Shown: positions 9,197 through 18,503, counted from the first letter of the stretch. The stretch: 32,000 nucleotides of DNA from Candidatus Baldrarchaeota archaeon (GCA_019056805.1 DXJG01000002.1:433103-465102); one strand, 5' to 3'. Translations and numbers: made by a program. Notes: generated from the letters alone by a model not told the origin.

Positions 9197-9842
9197 ATTA
9201 TTTCCCCTTTTTAATAGATGTTATAACCTCTTGACTGGGTTAGTCATATGTGAGATCAAATAATATTAATACTTTTCGATAAAAAAGTATTAACAAAACA
9301 TACATTTAAATAAATAAAATTTCATTATATCTTTGCTAAACATTCTTTCATAAAACCCAGTCACGTTTAATAATTATTCCTAGATTACGTACTCCGATTT
9401 TTCTACTCAAGCTTCAAGCCATCGGTTCAAAAACTCCAGCTACGTAGAGAACATCATAAGCAATCACCGTTCTTAAAATGATAAATTTTTTTCCATCTTA
9501 TTTCTCATGTAACAAGATAATTAAAACCTTAAAACCCATAATATGATTTTGTATTTAAAAAGCTAAAAAAGTAAAAAATAGGTGACAATAATATTTATGT
9601 GATTTATTTTGGCAATCTAGACGCATATAAACATGATGATAGGTATTTAGTTTTGTTTCTTTGTAGCGTGGGATTCACTTCAGGAAATCATTTATCTTGC
9701 CTTGTTTTCGTTAGAATCGCAATAAGCACACCAGTAATGAGATTTAGATCGCGTTTATAATTCCGTAAAGAAATAACTGATTAAAATCCTTCAAAACACT
9801 GTTCTAAAGCTAATTTTTAATTTTCCCTAGGTACATTATATC

Positions 9843-10265
9843 TTAGGGAAGTTTTTCATAAACAGTTGCTAGCACCGCACCGTAGACTAACCACATAGGT
9901 AGTCCTACAACTAGGAAATCTAGAGCCATGAAACCTGCTTGCCAACCAGCGAACATATATGCAGCTGCAGCTATATCTTTTATTATCCATATTAAAAAGC
10001 CGTAACATAGGCCCTTTGAGAGATCCTTACCTAGAATAGATGGATACAGCATTGCATAGATTATTCCAAAGACAACTCCAAAAATCACTCCAAGCACTAT
10101 ACTACCCATAAGTAAATACGTAGTAGATGGAAATAGCTCTGATGGTATGGGCTCTGTTATTCCCCATAATCCTGCAAGTGTAAGAAGCATACCTACAATC
10201 CACGCAACTATCCCTGCCATAACTCCCGCTGCTAACCCTCCGATAATACCCTTTTTAACATCCAT
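9843..10265 (-). CDS. Hypothetical Gly-rich membrane protein, about 4 TM
   Basis: Strong SD GGAGGAGGTGA, four hydrophobic helices, protein-like composition. Confidence 0.75.
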   Translation of the reverse strand: MDVKKGIIGGLAAGVMAGIVAWIVGMLLTLAGLWGITEPIPSELFPSTTYLLMGSIVLGVIFGVVFGIIYAMLYPSILGKDLSKGLCYGFLIWIIKDIAAAAYMFAGWQAGFMALDFLVVGLPMWLVYGAVLATVYEKLP

Positions 10266-10694
10266 TATCTCACCTCCTCCTTAATTGAGTATTTGTAAAG
10301 CGTCCTTCCTTAACGCTCAAAAGAAGAGGACTCCGGTTCAAACCATTGGAATTAGAACTAGACTTCCCCCTCAGTAAAAACTTGGTATTTCTTTTTAAGT
10401 GAATTTCGGCTCTTTACTTTTAAAGGTTGCGGCTTAGCGTTTTATGTCGTTTTTTCCTCCTCTAATTTATGCTTAAACCGATCAGCGAAAAAGAGTCTAC
10501 AGAGGCGTTAGATAGGTTCTCACTATCTCAATGAAGTGTACTGTCTTTGTTGCGATAAATGTATATGCGGAGAGCCAGAATAGTGCAAGATACAACGAGT
10601 AAACTAAAACCTAATGAATTATAATCATTTGGATATTAAAGGTGTGGATGGTTGTTTTTATCATAAATCTTAATTTTAGACGAGAATCACAAAA

Positions 10695-10708
10695 TTAGGT
10701 TCACCTAA
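10695..10708. promoter_or_regulatory. DtxR/MntR/SirR-type operator palindrome TTAGGT-TC-ACCTAA
   Basis: Perfect 6-bp inverted repeat resembling the Sir/MntR box (TTAGGTTAACCTAA). It sits just upstream of a TATA-like TTTAAATA (10712-10719) in front of the DtxR-family gene. Confidence 0.8.
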
Positions 10709-10781
10709 ATCTTTAAATATAGTGTTTTATTTTCACTATATGAAATTCAAATTTCAATTTTTGAAAATTAGAGGGGTTACT

Positions 10782-11501
10782 TTGAAAGCCAAAGACCTAG
10801 GAGAAAAAGTGGAAGAATGCTTGGAAATACTATTTAAATTGGAAAAAGACAGGGAACGCGTAAAAATGACCGAACTAGCCGAAAAACTAAGGTTCCCATA
10901 TTCATCAATGACAGTATTACTTCAAAAACTCTCTAATATGGGTCTAATTGACTACGAGCCTTACAAAGGTGTTAAACTTACAGATAAAGGGAAAGAATTA
11001 GCTATTAAAGTCATTAGAAGACATAGATTATCTGAAAGATTTCTAACCGACATTCTTGGTTTTGATTGGAGTGAAGCTCACGAACATGCATGTAAACTTG
11101 AACACGTTATCACGAATAAAATCGAAGAGAAACTAGATGAGAAACTAGGCAAACCTACTGTTTGCCCTCACGGCAACCCAATTCCAACCGCCAACGGTAA
11201 AATAATTTTTGAAAACGATATCCCTCTTTCTGAATTACAACCCGCAGAAGAAGCAACTATCACCAGAATTTTAGATGAAAATTCAAACCTACTTCGCCGC
11301 CTCGTTGCAATGGGCATTCTACCTGGAGTTAAAGTTACGGTTAAAGAAAAATCACCTCTCGGTGGAGCTCTCGTTCTAAAAATTGGAGATTATGAGGTTG
11401 CTCTCGGCCATGATGTAGCTTCTAAAATATGTGTAAAAACAGATGTTCCACCTCATAGACGTAGACACCGTAGGCGGCGTGGAAGCAGAAGAATTCAGTA
11501 A
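10782..11501 (+). CDS. DtxR/MntR-family metal-dependent repressor with C-terminal FeoA/SH3-like domain
   Basis: wHTH, 'RRHRLSERFL', 'HEHACKLEH', 'CPHGNPIP' and FeoA-like 'RRLVAMGILPGVKV'. TTG start chosen after a GAGGGG SD (track start 10722). Confidence 0.93.
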   Translation: MKAKDLGEKVEECLEILFKLEKDRERVKMTELAEKLRFPYSSMTVLLQKLSNMGLIDYEPYKGVKLTDKGKELAIKVIRRHRLSERFLTDILGFDWSEAHEHACKLEHVITNKIEEKLDEKLGKPTVCPHGNPIPTANGKIIFENDIPLSELQPAEEATITRILDENSNLLRRLVAMGILPGVKVTVKEKSPLGGALVLKIGDYEVALGHDVASKICVKTDVPPHRRRHRRRRGSRRIQ

Positions 11502-11523
11502 GTGAAATACCATTAGGGGATGT

Positions 11524-13524
11524 ATGATGTTTTGTCATGAACGTTCCAAAAAAGCTAAGAATATCGGTAATGCTGTAAAAATATTGTTGGCTGGGAACCC
11601 TAACACTGGTAAATCTGTATTTTTCAACAGAATTACTGGTATAGGAGTTATCATTTCAAATTATCCCGGCACCACCGTTGAACTCTTGAAAGGAAAAACT
11701 AGGTTTAATGGCAAAGAAATAGTGATTATAGATCTTCCCGGTACATATTCGCTTGGTGCAGGTTCCATGGATGAAAGAGTTGCCAGAGCAGCTATATTAG
11801 AAGAAGAATCTGCCATCGTTATTAATATTGTTGACGCATCCAATCTTGAAAGAAATCTATACTTGACCTTACAACTTCTTGAACTCCAAACTCCAATTGT
11901 TGTCGCATTAAATATGATCGACGAAGCCAGAAAAAGAGGCATTGAAATCGATCATGAAAAGCTCTCCGAACTTCTCGGTGTTCCTGTAATTCCAACTGTT
12001 GCAACACGGGGTGAAGGCATCAAAGAAGTCGTGGAAACTGCTTTAAAAGTGATTGATGGAAAAATAACCATTCGTCCCATGAAAGTACAGTATGGACGTG
12101 ACATCGAGGCGATTATTCAGGAGCTTGAAAAAGTTATAAAAGAAAGATTAAAGACTATACCAAGAAATATTAGAGCCAGAACTCTTGCAATCCTCCTTTT
12201 GGAAGGGGATCCTGAAATCGTAGAAGAAATAAAAAATATAGATAGCAAAGTTGTGGAAGCCGCTAAGAGACTTGCTGAAAAAGTTGAAGAGTTACATGGC
12301 GAACCCGCTAGCTTAAGAATTGCCAAGGAAAGGTACGGTGTGGCTCATAGTATTGCCAAAGCTGTAACAACCAGATATAAAAGAAAAACATTATTTAGAG
12401 AAAGACTCGACACTTTAACTACGAATGTTTACACTGGTTTTCCCATCATGATTAGTGTATGGGTAGCCTTGTTTGCGCTCCTACTTTATGGCGGTAGCTT
12501 TTTAGAGGAGTTAATTGTATTTGGATGGGAAAGTTATGTTGCTCCGATTATCGACAAAGGGCTTTTTTACATAGTTCCTAATGAGTTTCTTTATCATGTC
12601 ATTAGTAGGGGTTTGATTTTAGGTTTAGAAGCAGGACTAGCTGTAGTTGTACCTTATGTAACTCTCTTTTATATAGCTCTAGCTATTCTAGAAGACACTG
12701 GTTACCTTACACGTATGGCTTATCTCATGGATAACATTATGCATAAAATGGGGCTTCATGGAAGGGCTATAATTCCTCTCATAGCCGGATATGGTTGCAA
12801 TGTTCCAGCTGTAATGGGTACAAGAGTTTTAGAAACTCGAAGAGAAAGAGTTTTAGCAGCCTTTCTCATAACTTTGGTACCCTGTTCTGCTAGAACCGTT
12901 GTAATTCTAGGTTTAATTGGCCAATACATAGGGCTGCTTGCTGTTCTCGTCATGTACACATTAAATTTAGCCATTATAGCTGTTTCAGGGTTCTTTTTAA
13001 ACCGCATTATAAAAGGTGAGACTACTGGATTAGTTATGGAATTACCACCTTACCGTATTCCCCATCCAATACCTGTTTTAAAGAAGACTTGGATTAGATT
13101 TAGAGAATTTGTGTACATAGCGTTTCCATTACTAATCTTTGGCAGCTTGTTTCTTAGCGCCCTTGAATATTCTGGATTTCTTCGACCTGTCGCTTCGCTA
13201 ATGAGTCCAGTAGTTGTTGGAATACTTGGACTTCCAGCTTTAACCGGAATAACATTGTTCTTCGGAATCCTTAGGAAAGAAATGACACTTGAAATGCTCA
13301 TAGTTTTATTTGGAACTACAGACTTTCTAGCAATAATGAATATACATCAAATGATCGTTTTTACAATAGTTGTTACTTTATATTTTCCATGTATCGCAAC
13401 CTTTGCCGTTCTAGGTAAAGAACTAGGATGGAAAACCGCTATTTTAATTGCAATATCAACAATTATCTTAGCTATAATAATTGGGGGAATAACTAACCTA
13501 ATACTTACATATTTCTGGATGTAA
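11524..13524 (+). CDS. feoB: Ferrous iron transporter FeoB
   Basis: G1 GNPNTGKS, G2 NYPGTTV, G3 DLPG, G4 NMID, plus gate motifs 'GYGCNVPA', 'VPCSAR' and 'LYFPCIAT'. Confidence 0.97.
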   Translation: MMFCHERSKKAKNIGNAVKILLAGNPNTGKSVFFNRITGIGVIISNYPGTTVELLKGKTRFNGKEIVIIDLPGTYSLGAGSMDERVARAAILEEESAIVINIVDASNLERNLYLTLQLLELQTPIVVALNMIDEARKRGIEIDHEKLSELLGVPVIPTVATRGEGIKEVVETALKVIDGKITIRPMKVQYGRDIEAIIQELEKVIKERLKTIPRNIRARTLAILLLEGDPEIVEEIKNIDSKVVEAAKRLAEKVEELHGEPASLRIAKERYGVAHSIAKAVTTRYKRKTLFRERLDTLTTNVYTGFPIMISVWVALFALLLYGGSFLEELIVFGWESYVAPIIDKGLFYIVPNEFLYHVISRGLILGLEAGLAVVVPYVTLFYIALAILEDTGYLTRMAYLMDNIMHKMGLHGRAIIPLIAGYGCNVPAVMGTRVLETRRERVLAAFLITLVPCSARTVVILGLIGQYIGLLAVLVMYTLNLAIIAVSGFFLNRIIKGETTGLVMELPPYRIPHPIPVLKKTWIRFREFVYIAFPLLIFGSLFLSALEYSGFLRPVASLMSPVVVGILGLPALTGITLFFGILRKEMTLEMLIVLFGTTDFLAIMNIHQMIVFTIVVTLYFPCIATFAVLGKELGWKTAILIAISTIILAIIIGGITNLILTYFWM

Positions 13525-13548
13525 ACCCATATATAGGTGGAATCATAT

Positions 13549-13707
13549 TTGAAGAAAATCAATTCAAAAGAAAAATCGTATCAATGTCCACTTTGCGGCT
13601 TTAAATTTACTGAAAAAACCACAAAAACATGCTTAACCTGTCCTCTAGCTAAAAAATGTAATCTAATAATGTGCCCGAATTGCGGATACGAATTTCCAAA
13701 AATTTAA
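13549..13707 (+). CDS. 52-aa Cys-rich microprotein downstream of feoB (not in the ORF track)
   Basis: SD AGGTGG then TTG. It translates MKKINSKEKSYQCPLCGFKFTEKTTKTCLTCPLAKKCNLIMCPNCGYEFPKI*, with 7 Cys in CxxC...CxxC.....C....CxxC, 24 bp after the feoB stop. Confidence 0.85.
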   Translation: MKKINSKEKSYQCPLCGFKFTEKTTKTCLTCPLAKKCNLIMCPNCGYEFPKI

Positions 13708-13916
13708 CTTGAATTTTGAAAATAAAAATAACTACTTAAAGTCCTTAAAAATCGGCCGATGAAGTTTCGCTTTTCAGAGCAAAAAATGAATTTAACTATT
13801 AAAAGATTTAACACTAACTTTAAAATAGTAGGCAAATGTTGTATAAGGATGCTAAGATAAAGACATACATTTTCTAGCCTTTTCATACAACTCTATTGAT
13901 AGGCTGGCGAATCAAC

Positions 13917-15014
13917 ATGGAGATTTCTAAAGACCTTGCTATATATAGGAATCGAAAACTTGTAGAAAAAGTTACAAAGAAAATAAAAGAAATTGCAAAA
14001 GATGATTTCTTTAAGTTTATGCACGTCTGTGGAACACATGAAGACACTTTCTCACGTTTCGGGCTCAGATCATTACTACCAAAAAATGTTGAAGTTATTG
14101 CTGGCCCTGGCTGCCCCGTATGTGTAACCCCACCTGAGGTTATTTCTGCAGCAATTGAACTTTCCAAACGTGATAATGTTATTCTAGCTACTTATGGGGA
14201 TATGGCACATGTCCCAAGCCCTCGTGGCTCCCTAGTTCAAGCTAGAGCCCAAGGTGGAAATGTTTACATAGTTTATAGTATTACAGATTCCATTAAATTA
14301 GCCGAAAAAAGAAAAGATAAACAAATAGTTCATTTTGCAATAGGTTTTGAAACCACTGCACCTTCAACAGCAGCAACTCTCCTCAATAATCCCCCCGATA
14401 ACTTCTCGGTATTAACTTATCATTTACTAATCCCTCCTGCCATAGATTTTCTATTAAGTCTTGGAGAAGTTAAATTAGATGGTTTTATTCTTCCAGGCCA
14501 TGTTTCAACCATTATTGGTTCAAACGCTTACAAAGAGATTTCAAAACGTTGGCATATCCCCCAAGTTGTTGCAGGATTTGAACCCTTAGATGTACTAGTT
14601 GGAATTTATATGCTTATAAAACAAATAAGGGAAGGAAGAGCTGAGGTTGAGAACGAATATGTCCGAGCCGTTAGACCAGAAGGCAATGTTAAAGCTAAAG
14701 AAATGATGCACAAAGTTTTCGATGTTGTGGATGCAAAGTGGAGAGGCATAGGTATTATTCCCCGTTCAGGGTTTAAACTTAAAAAGGACTTCGAAGAATT
14801 TGATGCTAGAAAAAGATTTGAGATATCATTTGAAGAATTTAAACATGATTTACATCCTGGTTGTAAATGCGGAGAAATTCTACGAGGACTAGCTCAACCC
14901 AAAGATTGCCCACTCTTTGCCAAAGCCTGTACTCCATTACATCCTATAGGTCCATGTATGGTTAGCAGAGAGGGAACTTGTGCGATAGTTTACAAATACT
15001 CTCGTTTCAAATAA
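13917..15014 (+). CDS. hypD: [NiFe]-hydrogenase maturation protein HypD
   Basis: MHVCGTHE, GPGCPVC, GFETT, PGHVS and the C-terminal Cys cluster (CKCGEILRG...DCPLF...CTP...GPCMVSREGTC). Start taken at ATG 13917. Confidence 0.97.
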   Translation: MEISKDLAIYRNRKLVEKVTKKIKEIAKDDFFKFMHVCGTHEDTFSRFGLRSLLPKNVEVIAGPGCPVCVTPPEVISAAIELSKRDNVILATYGDMAHVPSPRGSLVQARAQGGNVYIVYSITDSIKLAEKRKDKQIVHFAIGFETTAPSTAATLLNNPPDNFSVLTYHLLIPPAIDFLLSLGEVKLDGFILPGHVSTIIGSNAYKEISKRWHIPQVVAGFEPLDVLVGIYMLIKQIREGRAEVENEYVRAVRPEGNVKAKEMMHKVFDVVDAKWRGIGIIPRSGFKLKKDFEEFDARKRFEISFEEFKHDLHPGCKCGEILRGLAQPKDCPLFAKACTPLHPIGPCMVSREGTCAIVYKYSRFK

Positions 15015-15161
15015 CATAAGACCGACCCTAAAACATTAACATAATCATCTTAAATGACAAGGAATTTACTTTCAAATTAATCATTAAAACGCTTAAGCAA
15101 GAGAATTCAAAAATCGGACAAAAGGAAGTTTTAAGAGTCACTAAACTTAGACTAATATAAG

Positions 15162-15264
15162 GGGCCCGTAGCCTAGCTGGATATGGCGCCGGCCTTCGGA
15201 CAACAAAATACATTTGTTGGGAGAAAGCCGGAGGTCCCGGGTTCGAATCCCGGCGGGCCCACCA
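15162..15264 (+). tRNA. tRNA-Arg(UCG) with a 26-nt canonical 37/38 intron (15200-15225) and encoded CCA
   Basis: Acceptor GGGCCCG/CGGGCCC, anticodon stem CCGGC/GCCGG, loop CT-TCG-G^A and T-arm CCGGG-TTCGAAT-CCCGG. Strict BHB: central helix CTTC/GGAG, bulges GG^A and AA^A, intron stem CAACAAA/TTTGTTG. Confidence 0.97.
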
Positions 15265-15371
15265 CCCATTTTATACTAAACTCAACTCAAACTGTCAAGT
15301 TTTCTACAAACAGTTTTAAATATCTACTAACATCTATTTCTGATTACCAATGTATGTATGGAGGCTTATAT

Positions 15372-16553
15372 TTGGGCAAGGAAAAGACGTACCTCGGTCT
15401 TAGCGTTAATATAATTTTACTGGGAATTGTTAGCTTTCTTACAGATACTAGTAGTGAAATGATTATGCCTATTCTTCCCCTCTATATTACTGTACTTGGT
15501 GGAGCTGGATTTGCTTTAGGTTTGATTGGAGGACTTGGCGATAGCGTTTCAAGCATTCTAAAAGTATTCTCAGGTTACTGGTCGGACAAACTTGGTAGGA
15601 GAAAAATTTTCATTTCTTCTGGTTATGCAACTTCAGCTGTTTCAAAGCTCTTTTTCCCTCTTTCCACAATTTGGCAGCATATTGCCATTCTAAGACCACT
15701 TGAAAGAGTTGGCAAAGGGTTAAGAACGGCGCCTAGAGATGCTCTCATTGCTGAGTATTCTCGTGAAACAGCTAAGGGTAAAGCATTCGGTTTACATAGA
15801 GCCATGGACACTAGTGGCGCTGTCCTAGGTTCAATATTAGCCTTAGTTCTCTTCTGGTTTTTAAACTTCAATTTAAGATTAATACTTTTTATTGCTGCTC
15901 TCATAGCATTCTTAGCTTTAATACCACTCATATTTGTCAAAGAGAGAAAAACAGAGCCTAAAGAAACCTCTCTTCTCATTAGTTTAAAAGCTCTACCAAA
16001 TAAACTTCGTTTATTCATATTTGTCGCAGCAATATTTACCCTTGGAAATTTCACATATATGCTTTTCATAGAAAGAGCAAAACAGTTGTTCATTGGTCAG
16101 CTTTTCGCTGAAAAAGAAGCTTTCGCTTTGGCAATTTTACTTTATGTATGGTTTAATATTATTTATGCCTTTTTCTCTTATCCATTAGGTGTTTTATCGG
16201 ATAAAATCGGTAAGAAAAATGTTATTTTTACAGGATACCTCATATTTAGCGTTACATGTCTTGGATTTGCCTATGCTAATTCCCTTACAATATTGTTTCT
16301 TTTCTTCGCTCTTTATGGTTTGTCAAATGCTTTCATTGATGCAACACAAAGAGCATTTACTTCAGAACTGGCTGGCGAAGAATACCGTGGAACCGCTCTA
16401 GGAACCTATCACACAGTTATTGGAATATCTACACTACCTGCAGGAATAGTTGCTGGGATTTTATGGCAATACATTTCTCCATCCACTGCATTTATATACG
16501 GGGCTTCTTTATCCCTATTTGCGGCTCTACTACTAGTGGTCCTAATTCGTTAA
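15372..16553 (+). CDS. MFS transporter, about 393 aa
   Basis: Motif A-like 'GYWSDKLGRRK' and 'GVLSDKIGKK', 'RTAPRDALIA', about 12 TM. The start is TTG 15372 after GGAGG; the track start at 15183 lies inside the tRNA. Confidence 0.92.
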   Translation: MGKEKTYLGLSVNIILLGIVSFLTDTSSEMIMPILPLYITVLGGAGFALGLIGGLGDSVSSILKVFSGYWSDKLGRRKIFISSGYATSAVSKLFFPLSTIWQHIAILRPLERVGKGLRTAPRDALIAEYSRETAKGKAFGLHRAMDTSGAVLGSILALVLFWFLNFNLRLILFIAALIAFLALIPLIFVKERKTEPKETSLLISLKALPNKLRLFIFVAAIFTLGNFTYMLFIERAKQLFIGQLFAEKEAFALAILLYVWFNIIYAFFSYPLGVLSDKIGKKNVIFTGYLIFSVTCLGFAYANSLTILFLFFALYGLSNAFIDATQRAFTSELAGEEYRGTALGTYHTVIGISTLPAGIVAGILWQYISPSTAFIYGASLSLFAALLLVVLIR

Positions 16554-16577
16554 AATGGGCATAGCGGGGGTTTAGGA

Positions 16578-17171
16578 TTGACTAGCATAAAGTTAGCAAA
16601 AATAATTTCTCATGTGCTATCAGCCCCATTCTTCGCCCTATATTCTCTCGTCATAATTTACATTGCTAATAACGATGCCTATAATCCGTTACCAGCTTAT
16701 TTAGCTATACTCATAGGCTGTATTTTCTTAACCATATTACCCATCGCTCCCATAGCGTTAAATGTAATTAAGGGTGATATTGACGTATTTGTGTCAGATA
16801 GGAAAAGAAGACCTAAATTTTACCTATATGCTCTACTAAGTCATCTTGCTGGAGCATCTGTATCGTACATTTTGAGAGTAGAGATCTTAACCATTATTCT
16901 TCTCGTTTTCTTTTTTGTTACTTTATCAGTAGCAATAATAAACTTTAAAACCAAAATTAGTGCACACACTTCAGGTATAGCAGGTCCAGCCACCTACATG
17001 ACATATTTTCTAGGTTCAACATACATCTTCCTCTACTTAATTATTATACCAGTTGCATGGGCAAGAATCAAACTTAAAGCTCACACCCTGCAACAAACGA
17101 TCCTGGGAACAATTGTAGCCATTATAATTACATTCTTGACATGTTACATTGCACACAACATATTATTTTAA
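16578..17171 (+). CDS. PAP2-superfamily-like membrane protein
   Basis: 'KISAHTSG' and 'WARIKLKAHTLQQ' resemble the PAP2 C2/C3 motifs; multi-TM. Confidence 0.65.
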   Translation: MTSIKLAKIISHVLSAPFFALYSLVIIYIANNDAYNPLPAYLAILIGCIFLTILPIAPIALNVIKGDIDVFVSDRKRRPKFYLYALLSHLAGASVSYILRVEILTIILLVFFFVTLSVAIINFKTKISAHTSGIAGPATYMTYFLGSTYIFLYLIIIPVAWARIKLKAHTLQQTILGTIVAIIITFLTCYIAHNILF

Positions 17172-17357
17172 CCATTTTGCTTAATCTAACAATTTTCAGA
17201 ATCCTCTAACAACTTTAATTACAACTAACCTCTCCATTAAGAGAAATTTATACGCAGATGTTAAATTAAGTTATTTATATAGATAAGTTTAATTTAATAA
17301 TCTAAACTGCATATCCTGTTTCCAAAGCACATGACGAACTAGATGGATGTGTATCCA

Positions 17358-18503
17358 ATGAAAACAGATATAGTAATTATTGGTAGCGGCATAATAGGGT
17401 TAACTACATCATATAATCTTGCATTGCTTGGAGAAAAGAATGTAACAGTAGTAGAACAAAAATATATTGCCTATGGTTCAAGCACCAGAAATGCTGGACA
17501 TTTTAGAGTTCATTTCTGGGCTCCTGAAAATGCTAGGTTCGCTATTGAAGCTAGAAAAAGACTCTTAGATTTTGTATCTAAAATTAGGTGGAATGCAGAA
17601 ATCGATCTGGGAGGATACTTGTGGCTTTTGTATAAAGAGGAGCAAATCAAAGCGTATGAAAGAAGTAATAGGGAAATTTGGAGTAAGTTGGGCGTTGCTG
17701 GTAAAATTTTAACACCTGAGGAAATCTCTGAACGATTCCCATATATCAATTTGGAAGGAGTTATTGCTGGTTTCTACGGGCCACAAGATGGAAAAATGAA
17801 CCCTAATGTTATTGCTTTTGGATATTATGAAGAAGCTAAAAAAAGTGGAGTCAAATTTTTACCCTATACAAAGGCTGAGAAGATAATTCTTGAAAACGGT
17901 AGAGTCAAGGGCGTTCAAACAAATAGAGGTGTTATTGAAAGTGAAAAAGTTTTAGTTGCTGCTGGAGGCTGGAGCAAGGAGCTTCTAAAGACTGTTGGAA
18001 TAGATCTTCCGATAGAAGTTGAAAGAAAAGAAATAGGTGTTACCGAACCAATAAACTACTTCATGAAACCTTTTATCATAAGTATGAAAAGTGGAGTATA
18101 TGTTGGACAAATGGTAAGAGGAGAAGTATTGGGAAGTATAGACTATCCCATTGTAAAAGGTGTAACACCTTTTGATACAACTCTTGACTGGATTCACAAA
18201 TGGTCTAAAACTGCCGTTGAAATTGTACCCTCAATTAAACATTTAATGTTCTTGAGAACGTGGTCAGGTTACTACGTTGTAACTCCAGACCACAGCCACA
18301 TTTTGGGTAGGGATCCCGAGTGGCCTGAAAACCTTTATGTTGCAACAGGATTTAGTGGACATGGCTTCATGATGGCTCCATTTGCTGGTGAAGTTATAGC
18401 CAAAAATATTCTTTATGACGAGGTTCATGAACTTATGAAACCCTATTTACCAACGAGATTCAAAGAAGAAAAATTAATTCATGAAACCATGGTCATAGGC
18501 TAA
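17358..18503 (+). CDS. DAO-family FAD oxidoreductase (proline dehydrogenase / sarcosine oxidase beta-like)
   Basis: GSGIIG Rossmann fold, 'GSSTRNAG', 'WSGYYVVTPDHSHILG' and 'GFSGHGFMMAP'. Confidence 0.9.
   Translation: MKTDIVIIGSGIIGLTTSYNLALLGEKNVTVVEQKYIAYGSSTRNAGHFRVHFWAPENARFAIEARKRLLDFVSKIRWNAEIDLGGYLWLLYKEEQIKAYERSNREIWSKLGVAGKILTPEEISERFPYINLEGVIAGFYGPQDGKMNPNVIAFGYYEEAKKSGVKFLPYTKAEKIILENGRVKGVQTNRGVIESEKVLVAAGGWSKELLKTVGIDLPIEVERKEIGVTEPINYFMKPFIISMKSGVYVGQMVRGEVLGSIDYPIVKGVTPFDTTLDWIHKWSKTAVEIVPSIKHLMFLRTWSGYYVVTPDHSHILGRDPEWPENLYVATGFSGHGFMMAPFAGEVIAKNILYDEVHELMKPYLPTRFKEEKLIHETMVIG

Noticed and set aside
9411-9461. Possible - strand C/D box sRNA (ATGATGT...CTGG...TTGA, GCTT/AAGC ends)
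   Set aside because: The length fits, but every box deviates from RTGATGA/CTGA and I recognise no guide target.
10265-10450. Possible decayed 62-codon ORF (GAGGAGG SD, ACG in start position, TAATG overlap with the next gene)
   Set aside because: Four internal stops are about what random AT-rich DNA gives, and no homology is recognisable.
10360-10490. CGCTGA and GGGGGAA on the - strand, reminiscent of a c-di-AMP riboswitch
   Set aside because: The elements are about 110 nt apart and the other conserved segments are missing.
13704-14167. Minus-strand 60-aa and 94-aa ORFs
   Set aside because: Antisense shadow of hypD or intergenic chance ORFs with no motifs.
15183-15371. N-terminal 63 codons of the track's MFS ORF
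   Set aside because: They overlap the tRNA-Arg; the real start is TTG 15372 with a GGAGG SD.
15162-15371. tRNA as an integration site for a mobile element
   Set aside because: No integrase and no repeat of the tRNA 3' end seen in the window.
17185-17216. Direct repeat TCTAACAA(T/C)TTT, 20-bp period
   Set aside because: Only two short AT-rich copies; not CRISPR-like.
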